From Ruditapes philippinarum (taxonomy: Eukaryota): a stretch of DNA of 64,000 bases. Below, piece after piece: positions 21,798 to 33,411 of this stretch; the stretch's first letter is position 1, and the number at the start of each line of letters is the position of its first letter. A model generated the notes under the pieces. That model was not told the DNA's origin, made no database searches, and saw nothing but the letters and a program-made list of their open reading frames with translations. The stretch lies in contig NW_026855218.1 of NCBI RefSeq assembly GCF_026571515.1, positions 62,001-126,000 of the forward strand. The letters are read 5' to 3'. A program made the position numbers and the translations under genes.

Positions 21798-24601
21798 ATA
21801 AATATCTAGATATAATGTATCTTATGTATTTCCTATTTTAAGATGACTTTATTATTCTTCCTATAAATAAATAAAATGGATAAAATGGTATTTATTGTAA
21901 CATACCCTAAATGTCAACTCATACAAATTGTATTATAACTTTAATACATATATTGCATATGGAAATCGACCCCAACTCACCCAGTGATATATTATAACGC
22001 CTAGAGGCAATATCACATACTTGTGTTTCTTGAATCGTTGAATTATTTCACTTGTTTTCTTTAAATCATCCGGTTAAAAGCTTTCATTTGTATACATGTG
22101 TTCACAATAATAAGTTTTTCAGAAGCCAAAATGATATTGATATGACGCAGTTTATCAATAACAACCACTACAGTTCATCATAGCCCATGCCTTTACATGC
22201 AACATTGCTTAAAATGCATGTTCTGAAAAGTGGAAAGTGCTAAACAGGTATATAAAGTAGTAACCAAGTACCATAGTTTTTATGTACTTAAAATTTTCTC
22301 CTTTCTCACCATTATCACAATGTTTTGTTTCATAGTCTTCTACTTCATTTTACACTCAACTATTTAGGTTATATAGCGACTTTCTGGCTAGTAAAAGTAG
22401 GAACCGAGCTGGATATCTGTGCATAATTTCATTTGAGAGGGGTTATTAGAGTGTTCGTTGAAATTTTCAAACTACAGTTGACGATTACGCTAATTAGGTA
22501 AATAGGCGCACCAAATAGTTTGACCTTAATTTTATAATGAAATCGTTAAACACATTTTGACATACGATCACTTAAAGATCCTGTATGTTTTGTAATTGAG
22601 ATTGCATACCACTCTTCATTGAATTATATATGTATGTAATTATGCAAATTTGTCAATTTTCAAACATGGAAGAATATGTAAAATATGTATTGCAAATATT
22701 TGTACATATTTAAGGTAATCATTAAATTATATGCATTCATTTCTTATTGGAAAAATTGACATAGAATTTATAGAAAACTAAATTCTAATTACCTCCCTTT
22801 ATTTACATGAAATATTAAATTCGGTAATATCTTTGTAAATAATGTTTTTGAAACTTACAATATCGATAAATCTTAATTTGAGCATCATCATTTGTATATA
22901 AAACCATAAAAATAATGTGTTACAGGATCTTTAAATGTTATATATGATCTTCACTGAAGTATTATTCCAAATATATCATGGAACGCTTGACAAGCGTTGA
23001 GAGACGTCCAATTCTTTTTATGGTCTCAGGCGGATGGGGTGTAATAAATTACTGTTCAGTTCTTATATCTCTGTTGAACTGCAGACATATCATAATAAGA
23101 ATATTATCTAGTATACGTTATTGTTGAAGTATATCATTTCTCTGATTTTGACAGATGATATCTATCAAGAAGAGTGAAACGCTCTTCGTCAAAGTAGGCC
23201 AATATATCTTTTCTGGTTCAGCTGATTGTATTTGATGATGACAAAGGTTAACTAGGGACACAGGGAAACTGGCACTTAAATTTAACTTAAAATCGACCAA
23301 ATAGCATACGCATTCAATGTTGTTGATATAATATACATGATATATTTAACAAAATTAACATGAATTTATTTATACATTGTATCATTTCCAGTTATGTTTT
23401 TGATTAAAGAGTAAATTGTAGACATTAAGTTTGTATATTTCGAACTCTTTTGATATTTTATGAATGAATTTTTGTTTTCTGGGTTTAATCTAACTTATGA
23501 TGATAAATTGTTGTTTGTATGTTTTTTAGGAAAAGAAATGTGAGGAGTAACCCATGCTAACATAAAGTCAATGAAACCATCCAAAAGGGGACAGCGTCTT
23601 GCAGGGAAGGCAAACAAAAACAAACACATTTCACTGAATACATTAATTGTGCAGTAATCCTGTCAAAAGTGATGCAATTTTCTACTTTGTAAAAAAATGA
23701 TTTAATGTTGTATTGATTATTATTGTACCAACTGACCTTTCAAGTATATAGTATTAGTAAAAACACGATATGACATTTTGGATGCATTTGTTGTCACGGC
23801 AATATTCCATCTCTTCCTTTATGTGTTTCATTTATTTTCATCCAAAGAGCTAAGTGGATCCTTTGTTCTATCTTTCGCTTTCATATTACTTTTGAATAAT
23901 CTAGGGGGAACTACTAGAATTAAATATTGGTCAGCAAAACAGTCATTTGGTACGGGGACCACACAACTCATTTTGCATAGGAAGTGAAATTTAACGCTTT
24001 GCGATTTATCACATTAATAATTTTGGCTTGTTAAAATTTTCCGATAAATCTTTTTCCATCACTTATTCTAGATAAACACATATTTCATTACTTTTTTCAA
24101 GACCATTAAGCATTTTAAAATTTCTTCCAACGTCCAATGAATGGAACTGTAATTCATAATTGTATGATTGGGAAATAGAGAAAGATTTTTCAGTATGACG
24201 AGAAATACGTCATTTCTCGCAAAGCAAGATCGATCATATCATATGATATCACATGAAAAGGTACTTGCTAACCTTAATTTAATGCAGTGTATTTATGTGT
24301 TTGTAAGACGATTTATTACTACAAAACATAGTATTTACATGTTAATATCAATACCCTTATGTACATTTATACATCAACTTACGTCTAAATTGTTCCCTAG
24401 AAGTGCATCTTACTTTTCATTGAGACAGATGATCGATCAACGGCATGAAACGACAGCTGATTCAGAAAGTTCATCTATGTTTGGCTACTGTCTTACATAT
24501 GAGATGTAAAAATAATTGAAAAAATATCTGACGTGTTTTTATCGTTCATATTTATAATAAAAGTTGAGAGACATTCGTCAGCCTTTTTCAGACTGCTTTA
24601 T
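21798..24601 (-). pseudogene. Decayed single-exon gene, copy C (3' boundary approximate)
   Basis: Acceptor AG at 24603-24602, ATG at 24574; same fragments as copy B (ORF 23118..23300); interrupted by a MITE. Confidence 0.6.
22576..22930. mobile_element. 355-bp MITE, TTAA TSD, perfect 10-bp TIR (Kolobok-like)
   Basis: TTAA|AGATCCTGTA...TACAGGATCT|TTAA; paralogous empty site CACTTAAATGTT at ~18730 and ~720. Confidence 0.92.
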
Positions 24602-26286
24602 CTACAAAATTATTACGAATCGCGGGTTTGAGTTTTATTTCCCATTTGGGCCCGTTTTAATTTTTTTTATTATTTCACACATAACTTGTCCATCTCCTAC
24701 ATTCGCCGCCCCTAACGTCCACTCCCGGTTTTGGGATGATGCCTTATGGGTGCCCTGCTGTGGTGGCTTTGGTGTGGTGGCTTTTATTTTGTTTTCTTGT
24801 TGGACCAAACGGTAAATACCATATGGCAACTTTCCAGCTTAACTAGTTCGGCACTCGGTTTCAAAAGTGAATCTCTGCAATGTTCATGTACTTTTGTAAA
24901 TAATGCTGTCGAGGGCTCACAATTTCACAATTTTTATATTACATAACAGCAGGTGGCGGCTGTTAAAAGTTGTCCCGTATTTCATTTCAAAAGAGATATA
25001 TTTTTCTAGTCCTTCGGATCATTGATCTCAACACTTGAGTTGAAAATTGATATATGCTAAGCTGTGTACGGCAACTAAATCTACACATATTGATTGTATT
25101 GAAAATGCGAGAATACGGAAAAAAGCAACGGGGTACATATATCTATCAATGATTGTGAATTCGTCAATGAAAATCTGTAAAAAATTGATATGATAAGTAA
25201 TTTATTAATGATAAAATGAAAATTATATATGAACTTAAAAAAATAAAAGAGTTAAAATGATGTTGACAACATATCTGGAAATATCAGAATTTTATAATCA
25301 TGTCTCTATGAATATACTGTTCTCATTTAGATGATCACTTTCCTCTTGATCTTAATTTCGGCGAAAGTAGGGCTACAACTGCATTAGATATATTAACTTA
25401 TCATGCACAAATTTGATATTTCAGTATATCAATAATTGTACACATTCCCTGTGTTAAGATGAGCATATTATAAGAACACAATAAATATAATATCATTTTT
25501 GAACTCTACACACATAGGTAAACAAAGTATAATTGCATTGCGTCATTGAAATACATTTTTTAAAAAAGGCAACCTTCACATGACATTAAATATTGGATGC
25601 AGCGTTCAATGCATACGAGTAGACGTGCATTCTTTTACTAAAATTAGACACATTTCCAGTAAGTTTCCTAGATTTTAATAATTTTCTGTAATAAGTGTAA
25701 TTTTCTCAAAGATAAGCATAATCCTTTTCTCGTGACTATGAGTTATTTTAAGTTAATTATGTCTTGTTCTGATTGCTTTCTTGTTATCTTGAGGTCAGAA
25801 GTTCAGAATTGTTTTGTTTTTTATTTGTCTTGTGGCATCGGAATAATATTCATTTCTTCCGCATTTCCCATATTTGAAACTGTTAATGGTTACCTTTACC
25901 ATTGTATGTAAGCGTTTGAACAAAAATAGCCTTTGCAATAGCGCAACAATAATATTTGAATGATATATTTACTTAAAGATTATCATTATCTCGTGACTAC
26001 GAGTTATTTTTATTTAATTATTTTTGTTCTGATCGTATTGTCATTCTTTTTTACTTTTTAGCAGTTACTTGATTAATTTAACTAACCAAATGGCACCCAC
26101 AAACCCTAAGTGTCGTCTTTTAGGTATGTGAGCATAAACGAAAATGTTACAAAAATTTTATTTGATATTCTGCATATCAACACTTATAGCAATGCTAAAA
26201 TACATTGCCGCATGTAAATACATACAGACATTTTAAATTATGCGCTACTAATTATATACTTAAATAAAATGGATTGAGAGGCCACA

Positions 26287-26340
26287 TAAATAGATAGATA
26301 AATAGATAAATAAATAAATAAACAAAATAAATAAATAAAT
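26287..26340. repeat. (TAGA/TAAA)n microsatellite
   Basis: TAAATAGATAGATAAATAGATAAATAAATAAATA... Confidence 0.8.
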
Positions 26341-27775
26341 ACAAATCAGAAACTAAAAAAATCTCGAAATAACATTTCGGACTAATTGGCGATGTCACAT
26401 ATTCGAGGAGTTCTGCTCTCTGTTCTGTTAAATTTATATAGTAGACACATTTATCTTCTCCAACAAGATTTTATATGCAAAATAAAATTCGTTTCGATTT
26501 TTTTTCACACTCCAAAGTGTTTTAAATTCGTCGCATTTTTTACACTTTCCATAGTATTGCGCCGGTCTTACTTAAGGTTTGTTATTATTTTTACACATAG
26601 CTTTCATCGAATACTGTAAGTACTTTTTCTTTGTTATACTTCAGGTTTTTTTTTATCAAAGACTGACCATACACATTTTACGTCAAATAAATAGAACAAT
26701 GCTATTGATTTGGACATGTCTTATCAATACCAAGATAGCAACTATAAATCACCATTATCAGAAACTGAAATGATAATACAGTGAAAATTATGACTGTGGT
26801 TATATTTCTTGTCAGATCATTTCTCATTGTCAGATGCTATTTGAGTTTCTTTATGTGTATCTTGAAATGTTCCTGAATTGACACTTAAAATAGCAGACTA
26901 ACCGTCATATGTGCCAATTCTTTAATTCATTTGTAGTGATCTAATTCCCTAACATTTGATTTTATTTTTCAGTGAATCTCATATCTAATTCAGGAACATT
27001 GCTAGATCAAAATTAATCGAATATATATGTAAAGATGATTAGAAGCTTAAAACGAATATATAGTTATTTAATGAGTGATCGATTAGTGTTTTTGCAAAAT
27101 GTTTTTTTACGGACACACCGTGCTTTTGTAAGAAATATTTTGTTACTTCTTTAGAAAGGGCAAACTTAATATTTTCAACACTAATATAATGATTAAGAGC
27201 ATGTACATATAAGATGCTTAACGCGTGGAGAAAGTGGCACACTGAATGTGAAATCATTTGTCAGCAAAAAAAGTAACCAAAGCACTATTTTGACTTCCAT
27301 AGAAACTATCGAATCACTATATTTGAATTACCAACAGGCAAAATAATATCTGTGAGTAAGATAATTGGCAAATCAGTTCAATTTTGGAAACTTGAACTGG
27401 ACACTAACGCTAGAAAGCTTTTGATCATAAAAAATAAGAATAAAACAATGTCTTGGGCATAATGGACCTAACCTTTTCTAAGCGGAAATAGATACACATT
27501 AATTTTGTTTCGTTAAGCATGTTTTAAAAATTACAACATCATTGCTCAGTACTGCCAATTGCAAATACATTTTTATCACATAAACCGAGGCGCAGAAGTG
27601 TATTAAAGCCATTTAATAGAAACGACATTATACTAGTGTACATGTAATAACATTTTGACGTGACATCATTTCCGTTTATATATAAAATAGCGTTAAAGCG
27701 CGCTAAGCGATATAAGCGTTAGGCTACAGCCGTGCCAATGAAAAATGACTCTTTTGACTGTTTACCGTTCTTATT

Positions 27776-27941
27776 TTATATATGAGATGAATAGAATATT
27801 ACTTTCGCGTATATTCAATATTTATTGAACTCGTTTAATTAAAGAATATTATGCTCGCCTGAGGCTCGCAAATATGATGTTTGTCAACTCGTTCAATGAA
27901 TTTAGTATTAAATCTACACTCGTTTTATATTCTTTATATAT
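27776..27941. repeat. Degenerate palindromic element end (hairpin class similar to 4549..4677)
   Basis: Imperfect inverted arms (ATATAT...TTTATTGAACTCGTT / AACTCGTTCAATGAA...ATATTCTTTATATAT) around GCTCGCCTGAGGCTCGC. Confidence 0.4.
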
Positions 27942-29498
27942 CAAGTAGTTCTAAAAGTATTAAACCCCAAGTGAAGGTTTTTTTAAGTCACAAAATATAA
28001 CATAAAAGAAAAACTAGGCAATATCAAATGATTCGTCTTTAAAAATGCATCTCAATTGATTATTTCTTAGTTTTGACGAGACAATTGTTATTGAAGTATG
28101 GCAGAAAATTACTACCTGTCTAAAAAGGCGCCAAAAGTTGAGAATGTTTTATTTTTCCATTTTTGTTTTGAAGTTTTTATCCACAGAATCCATGGTTTGA
28201 ATAAAATGTTCAACACAGAATATCCCTACGAACATTTGCCTTATAATACAATAAAATAGACAAGCTATAAAAGTGTAATGTAATTTGGACATCTCAAGTT
28301 AATAAATGTCATTGCACAAAATGTAAAAACACAATATTTTATTAGAGCTGTGACTTTGATGTGCGATGTAATAAAAAAGAAAGGACCAATCTAAAGTCAT
28401 TTATTTAATGCTTCATCATAACCCATTGATTTTTTGTTTGTATTTTGAGACTTTCTGATCTGTCGCGGTAATATAATGTATATGCATTTGTTTTATCAAC
28501 CTTAATCAACAATTATGCTATGTTAATTAGCAATTTCTTGGCATCTTGTATGGGTAAAGTATAACATAAATCAAAGATTCGTTAACATGCAATTGTATTT
28601 GCTGAATCTTAAGTCAGTAGGATAATGAACATTTGGTTAGAGATCGTAATAAAATCTCATTGTTCCTCCTTACAATAGATCAATAGTAAGAAATCAGGAG
28701 GAACAACACGATCAAACTTGCTGCCAGTAGTCATAGGACAAACATTTGTTCAATGCCACACCATCTTTATATATTTGGTATTGACGCAGCGGTCAAAGGG
28801 TCAATGTTTTGAAAGAAAAACAATACAGTTTAGTCACGCTTCTCTGTCATTAAAGTATAAGTAGAATTTGGGTATCATCTAGAGAATACAGAGATATACC
28901 GTATATCAAGTTTGTAGTTTATGCAAAAAAATGTGCTTCTTAAATGTGTACGAATAAACAGAACTGTTTTTGTTCTATCGCATAATTAAACCTAAATTGC
29001 ACATACATTTGACCAGAAATGCTTAAAGGACACAGCTACTGTTCACAACTTTCTATTTTTAACCTTTAGCTTACTATCGGCGTCTGAATTTACCGATGAG
29101 ACTATAATTCGCCGTAATACCAGTTCCGTCCGATCATATCTGGTTGTAAATTTTCAATGAGCACTTAAAAATACAATATCTGAAAATATGAATTTTTTTG
29201 ACCACATTGAACGGAGGACAAGTCCGTTTTTTAATGTTTAGCTTTGTAAGTGATACGAAAACATTGTAATTAAATTAAGTTAACATTGAATTGCAGGATA
29301 GGTTTTTACAAAGATATCAAATAGTTTACCATGGAATGTATGTCTGATTGATATGAACACCGAAACAACTTTCCGTTTCAAGTTTCAAGTGTCTACCTGT
29401 CGCTTACTAAAGGATCATTATGTTATGGCTTAGAGATGCTTTCAAAAACTTTTTTATTTTTGGTATCATGTTACAGTATAAAAAATACATGTACTTAG

Positions 29499-29701
29499 TG
29501 TTAAGTTAAATCCAACACCTTATTTAATGCTAACGCCAACACTAATTAAATATATTTCACTTTAATGTATGATCATAATCAACAAAGTAACTTCATTATA
29601 CCAAAACTCACGTTGCTAAGGAAGTTGATGTCGTCGTGACGTTATGACGTCATAATGACGTTATATAAAGTTTACTAAACAAAAATAAGATGAGATTAAC
29701 A
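29499..29701 (-). repeat. 3' LTR (~203 bp)
   Basis: TGTTAA...TTAACA inverted termini; first 20 bp identical to 33392..33411; polypurine tract on minus at 29711..29732 (the inner edge could alternatively lie at ~29710). Confidence 0.8.
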
Positions 29702-29792
29702 TTAATTATACTTTCTTTCTTTTCTTCTTTTCTGTGATGTTTTGAGTCATTAAAAAGATGTAATATATGAAAAATGTTAAAATTCTACAAGT

Positions 29793-32700
29793 CTATATAA
29801 AATCTTTTGAAATTGTTCCTTCTTGTATTACACACAGCAGATCATATCCGGATGCCCCACGCTCAGTCATACAGTCAGCCAAATGATGTTTCCCTTGGCA
29901 CCATCGAATTTCTTTGACTTCATTTCTGGACAAAAATTCGCTGATTGCAGCTATATCTACACGAAGACGCTTGTCATCTACTAGCTTGGTTGAATTCACA
30001 GCTTCTATTACACTTCTATTGTCCACATAAGCAATTATTGGTATTGTGTGATTGGGTATCCTTAGAGCGTTTTCGATCATTTGTCTGTAATAATATCCAC
30101 ATTCTAATCCTTCTTGTAAACTGAGAGCTTCAGCAGCAATTGTTGATCGTACTACCCTTTTTATTTTGTTGGTATGCCAGAAAAGTGGACAACATTTTCC
30201 AGAAGTGTCCATTAACCATACTATATAAGCCGCAGTGCTCCCTGTTCCAGAATTTATGTTGCACAAAGATGCATCTGTGAAGACTGCAATCTTCCAATCA
30301 CCTACAAAGTTGCTCAATTGTGGGAATCTTATAAAAGACTTGAAGTTTTTCAATCTGTTCACTGCTTTGATCGCCTGAGATAGATCACTCATTGTAGCTT
30401 CCTTGAGTTTAGTGCTCAAGTCTATCAACTCAAATGCCATATCGGGCCTTGTTCCTTGCACTACCCAGTTAATCTGACCAATGATTTTCCTGAAAAGAGT
30501 CTGTTCTTCAGATGTTAATACTTCCTGTTTATTCTGGACTCTCTTTGTGTCAATCTGTCTGCTCTCTATGTTTTCCACATATCTAGATTGGTCCAGAATA
30601 ATTGCATTGCTCTCCTGAGAAATCCTGAAACCAATATAATCAAACTGTCCTTTTTCAATTTTTCCTGCAACAAATCGTTTTCGTAATTTAGTCAGGACCT
30701 TCTCCAAACATTCATCACCAGCATGAAGAAAATCATCAACATGACAACAAATAATGCCGTTAAGCTTGTCTCCAGTGTGCAGAAAGAACATTGCTGGATC
30801 CATCTCTGATATATGACACCCTAATCTAATTAACTCGTCTTTCACACTTAGATAGAATTGTCTTGCTCCGTCTTTGAGGCCATAAAGTCCATGTTTAAGT
30901 TTCCAAATTATTCCAGCGATAGTGTCACTTTCCTTTGGAGGTTTAATGTAGACTTCCCTCCGAATTTCTTTTCCCTGTAGAAACGCCGACTTTATATCTG
31001 TGGTTTTTACAATCCAATTATTTACAGCTGCAAGTGCAAGAAATGTTCTAAGTGTTCCTTTTCCCACTGTTGGACTGTCACTTTGCATCACATATTCTTC
31101 CTCAAATCCGCGTACAACAAGTCGAGCCTTTGTTTGACCATTTTTGTGAGTTATCACCCATCTTGTTGATAAAGTTACCTGACCATAATCTTGAACTTCT
31201 TCATATGTGCCAAAGTGTTGCAGCTTCTGAAGTTCACAAATTTTAGCAGATGTGACTTCATCATCAGCACAAGTCTGTTTCATTACCAAATTAACCTCAT
31301 TTGTTAACATTTTCCATTGAACTGCCTCCAGATTAATACTCTTCTTCTCTTTGCTGATATCTTCCTCTATATTATACCAAAACTTGTTTCTGCCTGTTGC
31401 TTTTCCAGCCCTTCCTAGTATTTTTGCTTGTATCCACTGATCTGTATCCTGTGCTCTATATTGTATGTTGTCATTTGCCTTCAATGTCCTTTCTTCAGGT
31501 GGAATATTTTGAATGTTGTTTTCCAAACTAGCTGATGATCTATCTGACATGTTTGACTGCAAGTTCTTAAATGGATCTGAGGATGGTATGTCCTCGTTTA
31601 TGGTCTGCATACTTGTCTGATCTGAGGTTTGCTGGTCAGCTAATGTGCCCTCATTAGCATTGCTTCTTTCTTCTTCCAGACTTTCATAACTGTTTGCCTC
31701 ACGATTATCAGAACTCATATAATCATTTACCCTCTGCAGCCTATTAGGCGATACTCGCACAAACACTGCTCCATGTCTAACAAACACCACTTTTCCATCT
31801 TGAAATACCACCTTTCCAGGTCCAAGCCAACGCTCTTTTCCCTCTCGCTTGTAGAAAACATTATCACCATGTTCAAAAACTTGTTCAGAAGCCCGTACTT
31901 TATTACGTAGAGCTCTCCTTATTCTTTCGTCAGCTTCCGACTGAATGAATGCTCTCCGAGCAGCATGCAAAACATTCAAATGCCTTGCAAATTCCTCACT
32001 GCTGGTGGTCCCTTGTAATGCAGGCAAGTTTTCACTCATAATATTGGGAATATTGGGGTTCTGCCCAAAAACAAGCTGATGACTGCTAAAACCATTCCAC
32101 ATCTGTAAAGAATTTCTTGCCATATTCGCCCATGATAGTAACGTCTGCAAGTCTACTTTCCCACAATCTGCCTGTAACTTAATCAGCATCATATCTGTTA
32201 TAGCATGCACTCTCTCACATAAACCATTCTGAAATGGACTTTGACCAGATGTTGTGCATAATTTAATGTTCAGTATTGACGTGATCTCTCTTACTTCATC
32301 TGAATTGAATTCACCACCGTTGTCAGTCATTAATGAGCCCATCACGCCAAACTTGCCTACCCATTCCCTCATCAGTGCATCTATAATCTTTTCTGGCTTC
32401 TTTCTGTTGATAAACGTTGACACCGTATATCTGGACCACATGTCTATAATGTGTAAAATCCAGCAGCCGTTCCATTGCTTAAGATCCATCGCAACTTTTT
32501 CATTGAACTTGGAAGCCATAGGCATACCCACAACAGGCCTTGATGGAGTTTTTGCATACATCTTGCAAAGTTCACAATTGTTAGTAATGAGATCAAGAGT
32601 TTCCTCAAATTCTTCTCTCCAGATACCTGCATCTTTCATAAGTGCTGACAGCCGTTTCTTAGGTGGGTGTGCAAATTGCCTGTGCAATTTCACAAATGTT

Positions 32701-33353
32701 TTGTATCTCTCATTTTTGCTTAAATCATCAAAGTTTACAGCACAAACACTTTCTACAGGTACCTCTACCGTCTTATCTATCGGAATACAGTAATGACCTG
32801 ATGTTGTCAAATTTAAAGCCACCTCTTTTCCCATAATGCTAGCTGTGTCGTTTTCTAGATCCATTTTTATAGCAGCCCTCTTCATTGCTGTCCGAGACAA
32901 TAACAGGGGAATGTCCGACTCCACAACATCTGTTTTGATGAAAACATCTTTGCCAGCAATCACTGCAGGTATACAGTATTCTCCTTTTGATGTTAGGCAT
33001 GTCCCACCACCAAACTTGAAAACTCTCTGACTATCTAACTGTGTTACTCTCTGTTTATCTCCTACATCTAATGACTGTATATAGTTATTTATCCAGTTTT
33101 TACCACACACTGTACTGCTGCAAGCACTATCAAGAACAGCACAATTTCGAGCATCTACACCCAAACGCTGAATCTCATCCTTATTGTAACCTGTAAACAA
33201 TACTGCATGTTCCTCTTCAACAGCATTCACTTTCTTCATGTTTTCCCAGCTATGGGGGCATGCCTGTAGCAGATGCCTATATGAAGCACAAGACTTGCAG
33301 GTAAGCGTTCTGCCATCTGGACCAATAGGATTGATACACCATAAATGTCTACA
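29793..33353 (-). CDS. pol: Copia gag-remnant/pol polyprotein (zinc knuckle, protease, integrase, RT, RNase H); first in-frame ATG at 33239
   Basis: Frame is open 38 codons above the ATG and includes NPIGPDG and CKSCASYRHLLQAC (CX2CX4HX4C); protease AVLDSAC; integrase HRQFAH..CELC, MDLK, TDNGGEF, NGLCER; RT KARLVVRGFEE, DIKSAFLQG, HVDDF; RNase H FTDAS, KRLRVDIA, LADCMT. Confidence 0.93.
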   Translation of the reverse strand, partial: CRHLWCINPIGPDGRTLTCKSCASYRHLLQACPHSWENMKKVNAVEEEHAVLFTGYNKDEIQRLGVDARNCAVLDSACSSTVCGKNWINNYIQSLDVGDKQRVTQLDSQRVFKFGGGTCLTSKGEYCIPAVIAGKDVFIKTDVVESDIPLLLSRTAMKRAAIKMDLENDTASIMGKEVALNLTTSGHYCIPIDKTVEVPVESVCAVNFDDLSKNERYKTFVKLHRQFAHPPKKRLSALMKDAGIWREEFEETLDLITNNCELCKMYAKTPSRPVVGMPMASKFNEKVAMDLKQWNGCWILHIIDMWSRYTVSTFINRKKPEKIIDALMREWVGKFGVMGSLMTDNGGEFNSDEVREITSILNIKLCTTSGQSPFQNGLCERVHAITDMMLIKLQADCGKVDLQTLLSWANMARNSLQMWNGFSSHQLVFGQNPNIPNIMSENLPALQGTTSSEEFARHLNVLHAARRAFIQSEADERIRRALRNKVRASEQVFEHGDNVFYKREGKERWLGPGKVVFQDGKVVFVRHGAVFVRVSPNRLQRVNDYMSSDNREANSYESLEEERSNANEGTLADQQTSDQTSMQTINEDIPSSDPFKNLQSNMSDRSSASLENNIQNIPPEERTLKANDNIQYRAQDTDQWIQAKILGRAGKATGRNKFWYNIEEDISKEKKSINLEAVQWKMLTNEVNLVMKQTCADDEVTSAKICELQKLQHFGTYEEVQDYGQVTLSTRWVITHKNGQTKARLVVRGFEEEYVMQSDSPTVGKGTLRTFLALAAVNNWIVKTTDIKSAFLQGKEIRREVYIKPPKESDTIAGIIWKLKHGLYGLKDGARQFYLSVKDELIRLGCHISEMDPAMFFLHTGDKLNGIICCHVDDFLHAGDECLEKVLTKLRKRFVAGKIEKGQFDYIGFRISQESNAIILDQSRYVENIESRQIDTKRVQNKQEVLTSEEQTLFRKIIGQINWVVQGTRPDMAFELIDLSTKLKEATMSDLSQAIKAVNRLKNFKSFIRFPQLSNFVGDWKIAVFTDASLCNINSGTGSTAAYIVWLMDTSGKCCPLFWHTNKIKRVVRSTIAAEALSLQEGLECGYYYRQMIENALRIPNHTIPIIAYVDNRSVIEAVNSTKLVDDKRLRVDIAAISEFLSRNEVKEIRWCQGKHHLADCMTERGASGYDLLCVIQEGTISKDFI

Positions 33354-33377
33354 CTATGTAAGAAGATCTGGTAATAC

Positions 33378-33389
33378 GCTCTGCTGCCA
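33378..33389 (-). promoter_or_regulatory. Primer binding site (Met tRNA type)
   Basis: Minus reads TGGCAGCAGAGC, one mismatch to TGGTAGCAGAGC, 2 nt inside the LTR remnant. Confidence 0.8.
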
Positions 33390-33391
33390 CT

Positions 33392-33411
33392 TGTTAAGTT
33401 AAATCCAACAC
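33392..33411 (-). repeat. 20-bp remnant of the 5' LTR
   Basis: TGTTAAGTTAAATCCAACAC identical to 29499..29518; similarity stops there. Confidence 0.85.

Larger units (their letters stand above)
20958..25117. repeat. Tandem segmental duplication unit C (~4.15 kb, includes a private MITE insertion)
   Basis: High similarity to unit B throughout; the length difference is largely the 355-bp insertion at 22576. Confidence 0.92.
29499..33411 (-). mobile_element. Ty1/copia LTR retrotransposon, GalEa-like; gag largely deleted, 5' LTR truncated
   Basis: Domain order PR-INT-RT-RH; full 3' LTR, 20-bp 5' LTR remnant, Met-tRNA-type PBS and PPT all visible. Confidence 0.92.

Noticed and set aside
24168-24509. 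113-aa plus-strand ORF and similar plus-strand ORFs in the triplicated blocks
   Set aside because: Not kept open in the paralogues; F/L/S-rich composition of several of them fits antisense shadows of the minus-strand pseudogene.
27470-27492. CTTTTCTAAGCGGAAAT as a third copy of the leader exon
   Set aside because: Short, three differences, and no intact donor consensus; too weak.
31052-33030. Several short ORFs overlapping pol, and likewise those overlapping the OLD-like gene
   Set aside because: Antisense or alternate-frame shadows of real coding sequence.
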